NCBI GenBank assembly: GCA_963575745.1
Contig: CAUYUJ010000314.1
Location: forward strand, 310,001 to 374,000
Reading direction: 5' to 3'
Source: Prorocentrum cordatum
Taxonomy: Eukaryota
DNA length: 64,000 nt
In this document: positions 22,931 through 36,617 of the stretch, in pieces
Numbering within the stretch: the first letter of the stretch is position 1
Layout of the letters: every line of letters starts with the position of its first letter
Position numbers and translations under genes: made by a program
The notes under the pieces: model-generated
Database searches by the model: none
Seen by the model: the letters and a program-made list of their open reading frames with translations, nothing else
What the model was told of the DNA's origin: nothing

Positions 22931-25900
22931 GTGCATACAGCCCATATTGGATCGACGCATGCGCACCGCGCTGTATTATTTGACATCTATGAGGGGGGGC
23001 CCTGATACAGGGACAAGCTGGGATGGTGTGCGTTCGTATTGGAAATGAACGAAGAGGCATATTCATATGTAAATTGCAATGCCCCAGGGGGTGGTAATCC
23101 CAGGGTGGTGGTGGGGGTATAATCTAATTTGCTTCAAAAGAGGACAATATGTTGCGCACTCGATGCGATGAAATCAGTCATGTGTGGCAGTTCCCCGAAC
23201 CTCCCAGGAACCCCCCATTCGAGGTGTTGTTTGTGTTTTGTGTGGGTTCCGTTTCTCTTTTTGGCGGGGGTTTGTTCTGAATTTGTTTTGGGGTTTTCGG
23301 GGGGTCCCCCGCTCCCCCCCAATCTCTGGGCGTGGGAACATTCCGGTTAAAAACGGTGGTTTTTGTGCGCAGTGTTTTGTTCAAAGGTTTGTTTTCGGCG
23401 CTCTCTGGGGGTATTTTTCCATTGTTCTGAGGTTTGTTTTCCGGGGGTCTTCGGTCCCCCAATCACCACCCCCCGAGCATCAAAGTAAACCATGTTTTTG
23501 TTTTGGCGCGTGTGTTTTCCATTTTTGTTGGCGGGCTCCTCTGCCCCTCCCCCCCGCCAGGCTCCAGAGGGGGAAACCAGAGAAAAACACGTGGTATGTT
23601 TGGCTGATCTTCTGTAGTTTTCCATTGGTTTTCCAGCCACCCCAGGGACCCTTCAAATCCCCCCAGCCATTTCCTCCGCAAAGCCATCCGTTTGGGAGTT
23701 TTCGAAGGTATTGGAGTTTTCTAATAGCGTTTGTCTCTTAGTCTTTTTTTCCGGTTGTGTTGTTAATTGTGGGCCCCCCGACCCCCCCAAACAAAAATCC
23801 GAAACTCCCTTCCCCTTCGGGAGGGGTGGACATTTGAAAAAGCCCGGCGGCGGTCCGGCAGCGTTCACTATGGTGTTCATGCTCGACTTGGTCCAGAAAT
23901 GCGAGTGAATCATCATGGTGTTTCGGTGGCCCGGGGTCTGGTGGCAGCGCTCACTAGGGTGTTGTCGGTCGAGTCCGACGTGTTTTACTTATGTTCCTAT
24001 CGATGGCGCTCTCCTGGGCCTCGAATATGATATGGTTTACGCATGTTCTTACACATGGCTCCTTTCTTGTGGTCCGAATTCGATGTGTTTTACGTATGTT
24101 CCTATCGTTTGCCCTTCTACTGTAGCTCGAAGCTTATGCGCTTTATGTAGATTCACATGTGTTGCTCTTCTACTGTAGTTCGATTTTGTTTAATAGTTAT
24201 AATGTCGATGGGCTTCTCCTGGGGCTCGAGCCGTGTGTTTCTTACGTCTGTTCCAACGCATTGCCCTTTTATTGCGGCTCGACTTCGATGTTTTTTCGTA
24301 TGCTCCTCCAGATTGCCCCTATCCTAGGGTTCTGTTGCCATATCGATTCGAGGCGCTGTTGGCAAGGCGAGGGTCATGACTGCGCCTCTTCAGCCAGTGG
24401 ATTTGTCGCCGTCGCCATCCCTGGCAAGGAGGAGGAGGAGGAGGAGGAGGAGGAGGAGGAGAAGGAGGCGTGTCTGGGCGGCGCTGCTCAGCCTGCCGAC
24501 GGAGCAACCCACGGCTCGGCCATTGAGTTCTCCGCCTACATGTTGGGGCACCTTCAGAGCCGGCCTACATGTTGGGGCGCCCACCGCATCCGCTTGAGTA
24601 AATACATGCTGTTCCTTTGTAACTATGCGAAAGTTCTTTGCTTCTTCGGGGGGCCAAGATCCTTTCATTTCTAGTTTTTCTATCCTGGGCCTCTTCCTGG
24701 CCACTAGGGGGCCAGGTACAATTACAAATGAGCACACTTAGAAATGAACGCAATTAGACATGAACGAAGTGTAGGGGAGGGAAGTCAATAGGTTGGCGGA
24801 TGCAAATCGCGGCGATCCTCTTCAGATTGCTGCACGGGCCGCGCCGCCGCCTTCCGGATGCCGCAGGCGGAGGCGGTCAGCCTCGGCCAACGCCAGCAGC
24901 AGCCGCGGTGGCGAGGGTCGACGGCGGAGGCGCTCGGCTTCCCACGGTGGTCGAGCGAGCTGGTCCCCGAGCCAGGAGCTGTTCAACTTGCGGCGCGGCC
25001 AATCCGCTCGCGCGCCATTCAGCTACTCAGCCAGGGCCCCCACGGCGGCGCCATCCAGTCTCTCGCTCGAGGGGCCCAGCTCATCGTCGCAGCTTCCGCT
25101 GCGAGGCGGGAGACAGCCCAACATTTTCAAGATCCCGATTCGCCTGCGCAGCTAAAGGTTCCACGACAGGGCGGCGGCTCAGAGCCGCAGTCACCGTGGC
25201 GACAATCTCGCGTGAGCCGCTGCTGAAGTGGTACCGCATATTCGTGGAGGGCGAAGGTATTTCTTTCACCGGCGAGCACGTGCGTTCGTCGAGGAGAAAA
25301 CATTCTCGGATCAATGAACACAATTTTCGACAATTTGCTGGACCGGATCACGCCGCAGCGCCACGACGAGAAAGGGGCGCACAGGCCGCGAGAGGCTGCG
25401 CGCGGCGCGCAGGATATGCTCATCTGCCAGCGCAAACGAAGCCGCTTCCAACAGCGTCTCCGCAGGTTGCCTGGGGCAACTCCGGCGTCGTCAGCGAGGG
25501 GTTTGCTGGCGTCCTCGAGAAGCTCGTCAGACGACAGCGCGTCTCAGCGCGGCGGGATCTCGGAGGCCAGCGCGCGCCTCGCTCTGAAGCGCGCCGCTCT
25601 GAGAACGCGATGTCCTCAGAGCGCCTCCGGATGTGCGCTTTGCGAGGGTGCGACGCCAATGTGATCGGCGGGCCCCGAGACGGATCACTTTTGCACGACG
25701 GGCGCGGCTGTCCGCGCGGGTGGCCGCGGCGCGCCCTGCAACGCCGACGGCGCCGCCGGCGAGGGAATCGGTGGCAGCGCGGGCGATGTATTGCGAGAGG
25801 TCGTAGGTCATCAGTACTTTCGGTTGCGCGTGGGCGACGCCGCGGTGCTTCGCGGCCAGCGCCGAGCGCCAGAGCTGATGTCCACGGCGCCGCGGAGCTG

Positions 25901-28869
25901 ATTCTCAGCCTGCGCGGGGCGTCGCCATCAGAACCCCGCGATGATTCTCAGCCTGCGGGGGGCGTCGCGTGCGAGGCGCGCGGTGCTGCTCGGCTTATTT
26001 GCCGCGCCCGTCCCCTTTTCTTCCTGTCATTCCTCCTCTTCCCCTCCCCATTCTCGCCCCCCCTTCTACTTCCTCTCTTCGGCAGCGGCGGCGACGGCGA
26101 CGGGCGGCGGCGGCGACTGGGGCGGCGGCGGCGGCGGCGCCGCCAACGGCAGCGGCTCCGGCGGCAGCGTCGGGATCAGCAGCAGCAGCGGCTCATCGCA
26201 GCCTCGATGGCTCAAACTTGCGCGCCCGGCAGTCGCGCGCGCAAGTGCCGCGGGCGGGCCGCGGCCGCGGGCGCCCCGTCTCAGCTGCTCCGACTGCCGA
26301 GCGTCAGCTCGATGGCGACGCGGGTCTCGTTCGCCTCTCCGAGTTGGGCGGCCGTCGCGAGGGCGCGGGCGCCCCGGCCTTCGAAGGGCCCCTGCGCCCG
26401 ATCTCCTCGTCGCGCCGCGCGCTCGACAGAGGGGCGCGCGACTGCTCGTGGAACGTGCGCCGCCGCAGCTTGCGCGTGCTAAGATCTGGCGTTGCCGAGC
26501 CTCCCCGCGGTGTGTCCGGCGGCGTTGTTCAGCCCGCTGTCGCGGGAAGGGTCGTCGGCGGTCAGCGCGTCGCGCGCGGGCGCGCGTCGTGCCCCGCCAA
26601 GGCGCAGCTGGGGGCCATCCTCAAGCGGGCAATCAACACCTGGGGGGCTAAAAATAATGCATGTTGGTTGCCGGTCGCTTCCGTCGTCTTGGGCGACTTC
26701 AATTTAACTTTTGGCGGAGCGACAAAAGTCATCGGTCGCGCAACGCGGGGTCGTCCGCGCGGCCCGCTGAGCGATGGGCCCCGGCAGTCTCCGCGCGGGC
26801 GCGATCGGGGGATGTCGGAATCGTTCCGGGGGCATTGTCTACAGGAGTTCTGGCGCCAGCGAGCGCGACTTCCTCTCGGCGACAGAGCGCGGCGACCAGC
26901 GCGACGCGCGCCCGCGCGACTCGAGATTCCCCCGGGGTCGGCAGGTCCTGACTCCCACCGCCCCATCTCTGCCTCGGTCCTGGCTTGCGAGCTCCGCCGA
27001 GGCGGCGAGCGCCGCGAAGCTGTCTCCCGCCTTGTCGCAGGCGCCCCGGAGGCGGTTCCCGTGTCTGTTTCCTTGCGTCGCGGCGGCGCTGGGAGGCCCC
27101 GCCGCGCCCGCTGCGGGCGGCGGCCCCGCGGCCGAGGTGGCGCGATGGCAGACCGCGCCCGGGGGGCCTGATTCCTGTGGCGGTTCTCAGCGCGTCGCCC
27201 TGCTTCCGCCTGAACCGCCGCTGCCGGCGGCGCCTCGGCCTTCCCGCCGGCGCGCGGCAGATGGCGCGCGTGAGCAGACCGCGCCGAGTCCGCCGGGCCC
27301 CCGCGGCGCCTCGCAGCGCAGCGCCGAGGCGCCGCCGGAAGCCCCGCCAGCGGCGCCCAGGCCTGCCCGCCAGCGCGCGGCGGAGGGCGAGCAAGCAGCT
27401 TGCGCCGAGCCAGCTTGATCCTGACGGTGCCCCTCAGACTGTCGTCGCGGCGCCCCCCAAGGCGCTGCCCCCCTCGCCGCCTGAACGTCTGCGCCAGCGC
27501 GCGGCGGCGACCCGCGGTGCCTCGGCCAGGCTCGCGCGACGGGCGAGGACCGCTAGGGCGAGGGCAAAGTCCACTCGGGCATCGCGACGCAGATCGGCGG
27601 GCTCTTGCACCAGGAACAACCGCGCGAGTGGGCGAACGCGTCGTCGAAGCGGCGCCCGCTGCCGATGAGATGGCGGCGCGATCTCCTGCGCGCGGAGGGA
27701 ATTGCCGACGACAGCCGCGTCCTCGCGCCCGCGAAGGGCCGACAGCTGGTGAAGAGGCGGGGGGGATATTTCCGCGCGCTGCCTCAATTGGGGGCCCGCC
27801 AGATCCGCGACAGCTGGATGGGCGCGGGCCGGGGCTAGAGCAAGGGCAAGGACCTCGCCCCAAACAAACACCAGTTGCACAACGGCAGACGGATTTTTTT
27901 TTCAGGTGGTCCGGCTTGAGGCCAGTAGCCAGATTATTGCGGAACTCATTGTGCACTGGCGCGTGCTCCTTAAACGTCCCCCAAGATGCCGGCCAGGCGT
28001 CGCTGGCGTCGGGCGGCGCTGCTCAGCCGGCCGATCACTGCCGCAGACGCTGAGTGCTTTTCATCGGATTCGCGTCGTTTTCCCGTCTATCGCAACGCGT
28101 GGGCATCGCCCCCACGTTCGCGGGAGTTTCAGGTCAGAGACGCGCTTTGGGAGGCTATTCGCGAAGTTTCCCGTCTTCTTGAAGCGCGAGTTCGTGGTGG
28201 GTACATTGTGCGATGCAGGGGGGGGGGGGGGATCTCATTTAGTTTTGTTCTAGCAGCGGGGAAGGAATGGTTAATCGAACAACAGTGTTTTGGATGAAAC
28301 TACCGTTTGGAAGCATGTTTCGTTTCAGAATTCCTTTGTTTGGTTTGTTCTCTGGCATTGCGGAAAGGGGGCGACGCGGGCAGCATTTGAGCGAGCAGGC
28401 TTGGTACTCAGCGACGCTGAGTGTTCAGCAATCCTTGAGTGTTTGCGCGAATCGGTCGCAGCGCGGGCATTTGTTGCCATTCGCTGGTTGGTATAAGGTT
28501 CCAGATTATCGTTGCAAGTTGAGAGTTTTTTTTGTCTTGTCGGGGGGTTGGCGTGGAAACTTCAGATATCCGTGATTCATGTGTTCAGGAAGTTGTTCGG
28601 CACAAGTACGCGGGTTCGTTCGCGGCCAAAAATTAGATATTTTGTTATTTTCATTTCTTCGGGAAGTTATTCGGCAGAAGTTCGCGGGTTTGCCGCGTCG
28701 TCCTTGTCGAAGTCCCTGGGGGCTTCCGGGAGCTCTCTGGGGCACTCTGGGACTCTGGGCGCCCCAGGGCCGCTCCGGAGTGCTTTGGGGGTGGTCTAGG
28801 AAACGCCGGTCTTCCCATGCCCCCTGGGGCCCCAGGTCCCGGGCGCCCGGGCCTCGCGCGCGGGGGTCT

Positions 28870-28872
<3 letters not shown>

Positions 28873-28915
<43 letters not shown>

Positions 28916-29000
28916 GTATATGTGTATGTGTACATATATATACACATATTGGTAGATAGATAGATAGATAGATAGGTAGATCGGTAGATAGATAGATATG
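28873..29000. repeat. (TA)n and (GATA)n microsatellites
   Basis: Directly visible. Confidence 0.95.
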
Positions 29001-29234
29001 CATGCGCGCGTGCAAAAAGGCGTCGTGGCCCCGCGCGCAGCGACAGGGCGGAGAAAGGTCAGAAAAACGGGCGCGCGCGCGTCTAGAGCGGCCGAGCCCT
29101 CGAGCCGCTCGCGAACAAGCAGCGCCAGCAGCCGGCCATAATTCATCACGGCGCGGACGACGCGCGTGCCAGACGAGGGCGGGCACGCGAGCGGAAACCG
29201 ACGAGGCCAGGTGACCGACGAGAACGCGAGGTGA

Positions 29235-30232
29235 GCACGCACGCACGCACGCACACAGGCACACACGCACGCACACACGCGCACACGCGCACACGCACAC
29301 GCACACGCACACACGCACGCACGCACGCACGCACGCGCGCACGCACACGCACACACGCACGCACGCACGCACACGCGCACTCAAACGCACACGCACGCAC
29401 ACACATACATACACACCCGCACGCACACACGCACACACACGCACACACGCACACGCTCACATGCACACACGCACCCATGCACACACGCACACGCGCACAC
29501 GCACACGCAAACGCACACGCACACGCACACGCACACGCACACGCGTACGCACACACACACACACACGCACAGGCGAACACGCGCACACGCGATCAATCGC
29601 ACACGCGCACACGCGCACACGCGCACACACAGCACACACGCACACACGCACACACGCGCACACACACGCACACACACACACACACGCACACACACACACA
29701 CACGCACGCACACACACACACACGCACACGCACACGCACACGCACACGCACACGCACACGCACGCGCACACGCACACGCGCACACGCGCACACGCGCACA
29801 CGCGCACACGCGCACACACACACACACACGCACACGCACGCGCACACGCACACGCACACGCACACGCACACGCACACACAGCACACGCACGCAGACACAC
29901 GCACACGCACATGCACACGCACACGCACACGCACACGCACACGCACACACGCACACCCACACACCCACACGCACACACGCACACACGCACACGCACACGC
30001 ACCACACACACGCACACGCACACGCACACGCACACGCACACGCACACACGCACACACGCGCACTCACGCACACACACACACACACGCACACACGCACACA
30101 CGCACACATGCACACACGCACACACAGCACACACGCACACATGCACACACACGCACACACGCACACACGCACACACACGCAACACACACGCACATGCACA
30201 CGCACATGCACACGCACACGCACACGCACAAG

Positions 30233-30263
<31 letters not shown>

Positions 30264-30300
30264 ATGCGCACACGCACACACACATGCACACACACGCACA
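29235..30300. repeat. ~1.07-kb alternating purine-pyrimidine (CA/CG; CACACG) tract
   Basis: Directly visible. Confidence 0.95.
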
Positions 30301-30333
30301 TTCGCTCCTCCTCCTCCTCCTCCTCCTCCTCCT

Positions 30334-31244
30334 GTCCGGGTGCAGTCTCTCTGCGTCGCCTGCCGCGCGGCAGCGGCCCTGCAAGAGCCAGAGCGGAAGG
30401 CGAGGAGCTGCAGCCAACAGGGGGCGCGCGCGGCGTGCCCACAGGAGGCGGAGCCCCAGCCGCAGCCGCAGGCCGGAGCGCGCGCGGCCGCGCGCACCGG
30501 GCAGCGCCGCCGTCCGCGCGCGGAGGAGGAGTGCGGGCGGGAGGGGCCCCATCTCCGCTCGCGGCGGAGCAGAAGAAGTGACGGAATGTGTTTGGCCGAT
30601 GTCGGCTTCCTTGCTGTGCCGAAGAGTCACGACGAGAGGTGTTTCGCCATCTTCGGCCTCTGGGGGCCCTCACAGGGCCTCGGGATCGTCGGAAGCCGGC
30701 GCAGGATGAGAAGCCGGTCCCAGGACAGGGGTCCAGACATTTGGGGGTCGACGTTGTGAAAACATCATGATGTCAGAGTTTGGGAGGGAAAGCCTGACTA
30801 CTGGGGTTTCGCGCCGCGTTGGCTCGGCGGCGACCCCGGCGCAGGCGATCTGCGCTGGCTGGGAAAGCCACGATCGTTCGAGCTTGAACGATCTGCGAGG
30901 TGTCAAAGCTGACGCCGTGAACCCGCCGTAGTAAGGGAGTGAGGTGCGAGGGAGATGACTGCATGTAAGAGTGACCCTTCGCCGGAGTGACCTTTGGTGC
31001 GGGCTCATCGGGGCCTTCCCGATCGCTGAGCGCGATGCGATAGCAGTGGCCTGCGCGCTTGGGTTTGGCCCCCTCGCGCCCCCCAAGAGCCGCGCACCAG
31101 AGGTCACTCTTACCCAGGGCCTCCTTTGCGTCTAGCCGAGGGAGGAGGGGGGGGGTGATCGAGGTTTTCGACAGCTTCTGGCCCTTCTCCCTGCTGCTCC
31201 TGTCTCTTCCTCTTTCCTCCTTGCCGCCTGCTTCCCTCTCTCTC

Positions 31245-31283
<39 letters not shown>

Positions 31284-31731
31284 CATGCGACCCGCTGCCT
31301 CTGCAAAGCCTTCCCGAAACCGTAGCTCCATGGACGGAGTGGAGGTGCGGCTCCTGCGGGCTGGGCCCTCCGTTTCTGCGACCCCTGGGGCCCCGGGGCT
31401 TCGCGCTGCGTCGAGGAGAGAACAAGAAATCCTTCGGCCTCCGGAGACCTCGCAGGCCTCCGGGGAGCCCTGGGAGGCGGACGGCGCTCGCTCGGCCTTG
31501 CACGGTCGGGGCCAACTCCTGCTCGGCGCGGCGCGTCCGCCAGCGCTGCTCCGCCGCGCCTCGGCGCGCCTCGCGCCTCGCGGGGCAGAGCGACGCGCCG
31601 TCGGCTCGCGGGGCGCAGCTGCGGCGCGGGGCCCGGCGCCCCCACGCGCCGAGCAGCAGGTCGTCACCGCCGCTCTGGCTCTTGCAGGGCCGCTGCCGCG
31701 CGGCAGGCGACGCAGGGAGACTGCACCGGAC
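30334..31731. mobile_element. Putative non-autonomous element with ~62-bp terminal inverted repeats
   Basis: 30334-30396 is nearly the exact reverse complement of 31670-31731. It is flanked by (CCT)n on the left and (GGA)n on the right. Confidence 0.65.
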
Positions 31732-32075
31732 GGAGGAGGAGGAGGAGGAGGAGGAGGAGGAGGAGGAGGAGGAGGAGGAGGAGGAGGAGGAGGAGGAGGA
31801 GGAGGAGGAGGAAGAGGAGGAGAAGGAGGAGGAGGAGGAGGAGGAGGGGGAGGGGGAGGGGGGAGGGGGAGGTGGAGGGGGAGGGGGAGGGGGAGGGGGA
31901 GGGGGGTGGGAGGAGGAGGAGGAGGAGGAGGAGGAGGAGGAGGAGGAGGAGGAGGAGGAGGAGGAGGAGGGAGGAGGAGGAGGAGGAGGAGGAGGAGGAG
32001 GAGGAGGAGGAGGGAGGAGGAGGAGGAGGAGGAGGAGGAGGAGGAGGGAGGAGGAGGAGGAGGAGGGAGGGGGGG

Positions 32076-32267
32076 GACAAGCTAGGTGCGCTCGCGTCAT
32101 ATCTGACGTCCTACCCCTCCCTCCCATCCCTTACCATGGCGCTGATTTTCTCTATCCGCGGACGCGTGTCGTAGCGGACCTGTGGCTCCGCGCGCGCGTG
32201 CGTAGTGGGTGGTGGTGCGCGTGCGTGCGTGCGTGCGTGTGTGCGTGGTGTGTGGTGGTGGTGGTGG

Positions 32268-32298
<31 letters not shown>

Positions 32299-32730
32299 GC
32301 TGGTGCTGGTGCTGGTGCTGGTGCTGGTGCTGGTGCTGGTGCTGGTGCTGGTGCTGGTGCTGGTGCTGGTGGTGGTGGTGGTGGTGGTGGTGGTGGTGGT
32401 GGTGGTGGTGGTGCGGCGCGGTGGTGGCGGGCGGATGGGCGCGCGAGAAAGAGGCCCGCGCTGGGGCGAGAACGCCATCCTGAACGACGGAGGCCAAACA
32501 CCGATCCGAAAATGAGGCCCACGCTGCAGCGGGAGCACGATTCGGAACGATTCGGGAGCAGAAATGAGGCCGGCGCCTCAGCGAGAGCAGCATTTTAGAA
32601 AAAAACACAAGCGAAAACCCAACTCCGGGGAATCCTGTGTGTAAAAAAACAGTACGCGGGGGGGTGCCGAATATCTTCCGGACGCCATCAGGGGAAGTGG
32701 GAGAGTATTTTCATATTGTGTAATTGTGGA
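32076..32730 (+). mobile_element. Young dispersed repeat with an internal (GGT)n tract, copy A
   Basis: Near-identical to 61471-62197 on both sides of the GGT tract. Both copies sit between GGA-type tracts. Confidence 0.85.
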
Positions 32731-35700
32731 GGAGGAGGAGGAGGAGGAGGAGGAGGAGGAGGAGGAGGAGGAGGAGGAGGAGGAGGAGGAGGAGGAGGGG
32801 GAGGGGGGGGGAGGGGGAGGGGGAGGGGGAGGAGGAGGGGGAGGAGGCGGCGGGAAGGCCGTGCAGCCTGGCCCTCAGCAGTGCGTGTGGGCATCTGCTC
32901 GCGGCCTCGTTGCGGCCTCTGCTGCTGCTGCTGCTGCTCGTCTTCCTGCGTCCCGGTGCCTGGAGGCATGCGGCTCTTGCGGCTGTTGCCCTCCCCCCCC
33001 GAGGCCGGTCGGACCTGGGCCAGCTTGGCATCGCTCGGACGTGTACATTTTTCTTTCGGCGAGGACCATCGAGGAACATCTTTGATTATTTCGCGACAGA
33101 ACCACGCACGAAACCGAAAAAAAACAGGGAATGGACCCGAGCGATGGCCAGTGGGGGGTGATCAAACTGGTGGGCCAGGCGGCTCCTGGAGCGTTCGGAC
33201 GGTGAGACGAGCTGTAGATGGCGGGAGAGGCGGACCAGCAGAGCAGGGAGGGAGGAGGAGAAGGAGGAGGAGGAGAAGAAGGACCGATCACGACCCCAAG
33301 ACGGGGGGGAAGGAGGGGACTACAGCGGCGGAGGCGACAGTTGGCGTAGGTTGTGTTGCGCATGCTGAGTAGAGACTGGGAGAGGCTGTGAGATTGCAGC
33401 TGCTGGCGCGGCCGCGCACGGGGTCCACGCTCACCAAGGCGGAAGGTACAAGGGCCTCTCCCCCTGCCCGTATGAGCCCCCTATAGAGGCGCCCCCCGGT
33501 CCAACGACGGGAACCCTCACCTGCAAGCAGGCGTGGGGTTCCCAGTGCGTGGGACCGGGGGCCGCCTGGGGTGGTCCACAGGGCGTGGGGGAGGTTTGCG
33601 CCTTCGAGGCGATGGCTTTCCCGGAAGCGGGCGGAAGCGTGGCGCGAGAGAGACGCGGTAAACAAGAGGCGTGATGCTGGGTAGGGTGAAACATGGTAAG
33701 GAGGGATGTGGCTGGTTCTCGGCGCTGTGGGCTGCGGCTCCTTTCGCCAAGGTAGCCGACGGCATCTGTATACTTGTTGCCGCCATAGGCTGCGAAGGCG
33801 CAGTTGGCACGTGTGAGGGATTCAGGCTTGCATACTGTGGGCCGCGGCCGCCAGGGCCGTCGCCGCGGTGGCCAGCGGTGAGCTTTACCCCCCGTCTCCC
33901 CCCCAACAATGCTCGACACCCGCCACCCCCCGAAAAGTTTGTGAACGAAATCGTGGCGCGAAAGAGGCGCTGTGGATCAAAGGGCGTGGGGCTATGCAGT
34001 GCGACGCATGAGACAAGAGGCAATGTGGCTGAGCTCGGCGCTGCGGGCCGTGGCCACCCTTTCGCCGAGGTGGCCGGCGGCATCTGTATACGGAGGGAGG
34101 GGGGCGCATCGTGGCACGAGGCGTGTGTGCGCGGGGGTTGCGTTGCATCTTTGGGGGATTTTGTCTGTCCCGTCGCGCCGCGATCCGCGTCGAATCCGCG
34201 TCGACTCCGCCCCGAAGCCGTGGGAATCCGCGTTGAACCCGCGTCGCATCACTCCGGTTACACGGCGAAGTCCGCGCCAGCCACGCGTTCCTCACAGGGG
34301 TGGCTTGCGTGCTGGAGGTGCCGGCAAGTTGGAGGGAAGAGGGCAGAAACAGAACGATAGAAGTAGGCAGCCAGTGGGGAGTGTCATGTTGGGCGAGTAC
34401 TTTCAGATGCCTAACTGATGGTAGGTCCTTCGTGTCGCTGCCTCCGAGGCCCCACGACGGTCGGACTAAGGTGACACCAGGCAGCCGCGTGAAGGGTCTC
34501 CATCAGTTGGCGGCGATCCTGACCATTATGGATGAGAATGTTGCAGCGGGTCTGGGAGCATAGTGTTATCGCAAAGCCAAAGGTATACGTCGCATGACGT
34601 GTGTCCACGGGCGAAGCGCGTCGGTCAAGTAGCATATGTGGGTGATGATCCCACAGCAGTTTTTGGGGCCTTGTATTTCCGTGGGCCCACTGCACAGCAC
34701 AGCCTGCTGTAGTTGTGCTGGCCGCAAGTGCTGTGCTGTGTGATGGCCGGTGAACTGCTCGTAGCGGTGGGGAACTGCAGTTGCCAGGGAGTGGTGGGAG
34801 ACGCAGAGAGCACGTTGTCGTTGCGGCCAACCGTTGCATCTGCTGGTGCGCTGTGCACAGTGAGGGCGGCTACGTGGTAGAAGGGTAGTAATGAGAGATG
34901 GATGTGGAAGGGAGCAGCCGGCCGCTGGTTGTGTCTGCTGTCGTAGAACAGCAGAGCTGTACAAAATTGCGGGAGGTGGGTGACGCACCGATGGGCCGCC
35001 GTTCAGTTGGTCCCATCTTGAGGCGTGTGCATCAGTGGTTGTGGGTGGTCGGGGGGAGTCTCATGATTCACCTGGGTGGTCGGCTGCTCGGGCTGGTAGG
35101 CGTGTGCACATGGAAGCCATGTTGCCTATGGTGGCTCTTCTTCGCTTGGGCTGGCGGTGTCGCTTGGCAGCTGTTGAGGTGGCGTCAGGTTTTTGACCAT
35201 GGTCTTGGCGGCGTTAATGGCCTGATTCGCAGCGTAGTCCAGGTCGTCGCACCCGGGGTCGGCCACGTATTCGCTGTCGTCGTGGTTCGCATTGGTGTCG
35301 GCTATCAGCGGTGGATACCTCGTGTCGTCGATGTCGTTGCCCGTTGTCTGGATGCTGCCATCGGAGATCATGATGTGGGTTGGTGCCGGCATCCGCTGCG
35401 TAGCGTCGGCGGCGGTCACCAGTTATGCGTGCTTCTGAAGGTGCTGGGCTCGTCGTCGTCCTCCTCCTCCTCCTCCTCCTCTTTGTCCTCCTCTTTGTCC
35501 ACTTCGTCAACCTCCTGAGGGATGCTCGCATCCGACTTCCAGCAGGCCGCCGCTCGCCCTCTGGGGCGGGCGGTCGCGGCCAGGCCCTCGGCCGAAGGCG
35601 GGGGCCTTTCGTGCTTCCGCCCGTGGGCAGCGGGCGTTGGCTGCCCGAGTGCGCGTCGGGCTTCGCGGCGCGCTGGGCCGCAGCATGCCGCAGCTCAGCG

Positions 35701-35973
35701 CTTCGGGCCCGTCTGGCACTCAGCGGTTTTGACTCTTCGGCGGGCCCCATGCTGCCGCGCCGTGCTTTCCCTCCGGGGGGACAGATCTGCGCAAGCACGC
35801 GCAAACGCATGTTTTCATGAAACTGTTGGGAAGTATGGGAAACGGAGCGGAAGAGGGAAATCCAGCAAATATGGAAGCCATAGCCAGAATCCTGGAAAGT
35901 TGCCGATTTGCTTGTGTCTCCCTGGGTCCCTTTCTTTCTGCAGGGGGGGAAGGAGGAGGAGGAGGAGGAGGAG

Positions 35974-36008
<35 letters not shown>

Positions 36009-36480
36009 GAAAGGAGGAGGAGGGGGGGAGGGGGAGGGGGAGGGGGGGGGGAGGGGGAGGAGGAGGAGGAGGAGGAGGAGGAGGAGGAGGAGGAGGAGGA
36101 GGAGGGAGGAGGGAGGGGGGGATGGAGGGAGGGAGGAGGGAGGGAGGGAGGGAGGAGGGAGGGAGGAGGGAGGCAGAGGGAGGCGGGAGAGACACGCCTC
36201 CGCGCGCGCCGCCGCTTGGCTCCCTGGGACCGCGGGGCGTGGCGCGCCCTGCGGCCCGGGCGGCCTGGCACCCCTCCCCCCCTGGCGGGGCCGTGGATGC
36301 CCGGGTCCAGCCATGCCTCGGCGCCTGCCGCCGTCCGCCGCCGCCCGCCGCCCGCCCGCCCGCCGCCGCCGCCGCCCGCCGCCCCGCCGCCCGCCGCCTT
36401 GCCGCCGCCGCGGTCGTGGTCGTGGTCGTCGTCGTCGTCGTTGTAGTCGTCGTCGTGGTAGTCGTCGTCGTCGCCGCCAC

Positions 36481-36547
<67 letters not shown>

Positions 36548-36617
36548 GTGGTCGTCTTCGCCGCCGCCGCCGCCGCCGCTGCCTGCTGTCCGCGGGTCGG
36601 ATGCCGAGGTGTCGATG

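Noticed and set aside
24790..28050. Long GC-rich ORFs as intact genes
   Set aside because: Multiple frames are open with R/A/P-rich translations; at most an eroded remnant.
28506..33400. Long HT/RV/poly-E/G/P ORFs
   Set aside because: Artefacts of (CA/CG)n, (GGA)n and (GGT)n tracts.
34360..35440. Minus-strand coding remnant
   Set aside because: Short protein-like stretches such as 35126-35419, but with stops and no recognisable motif or supported splice sites.
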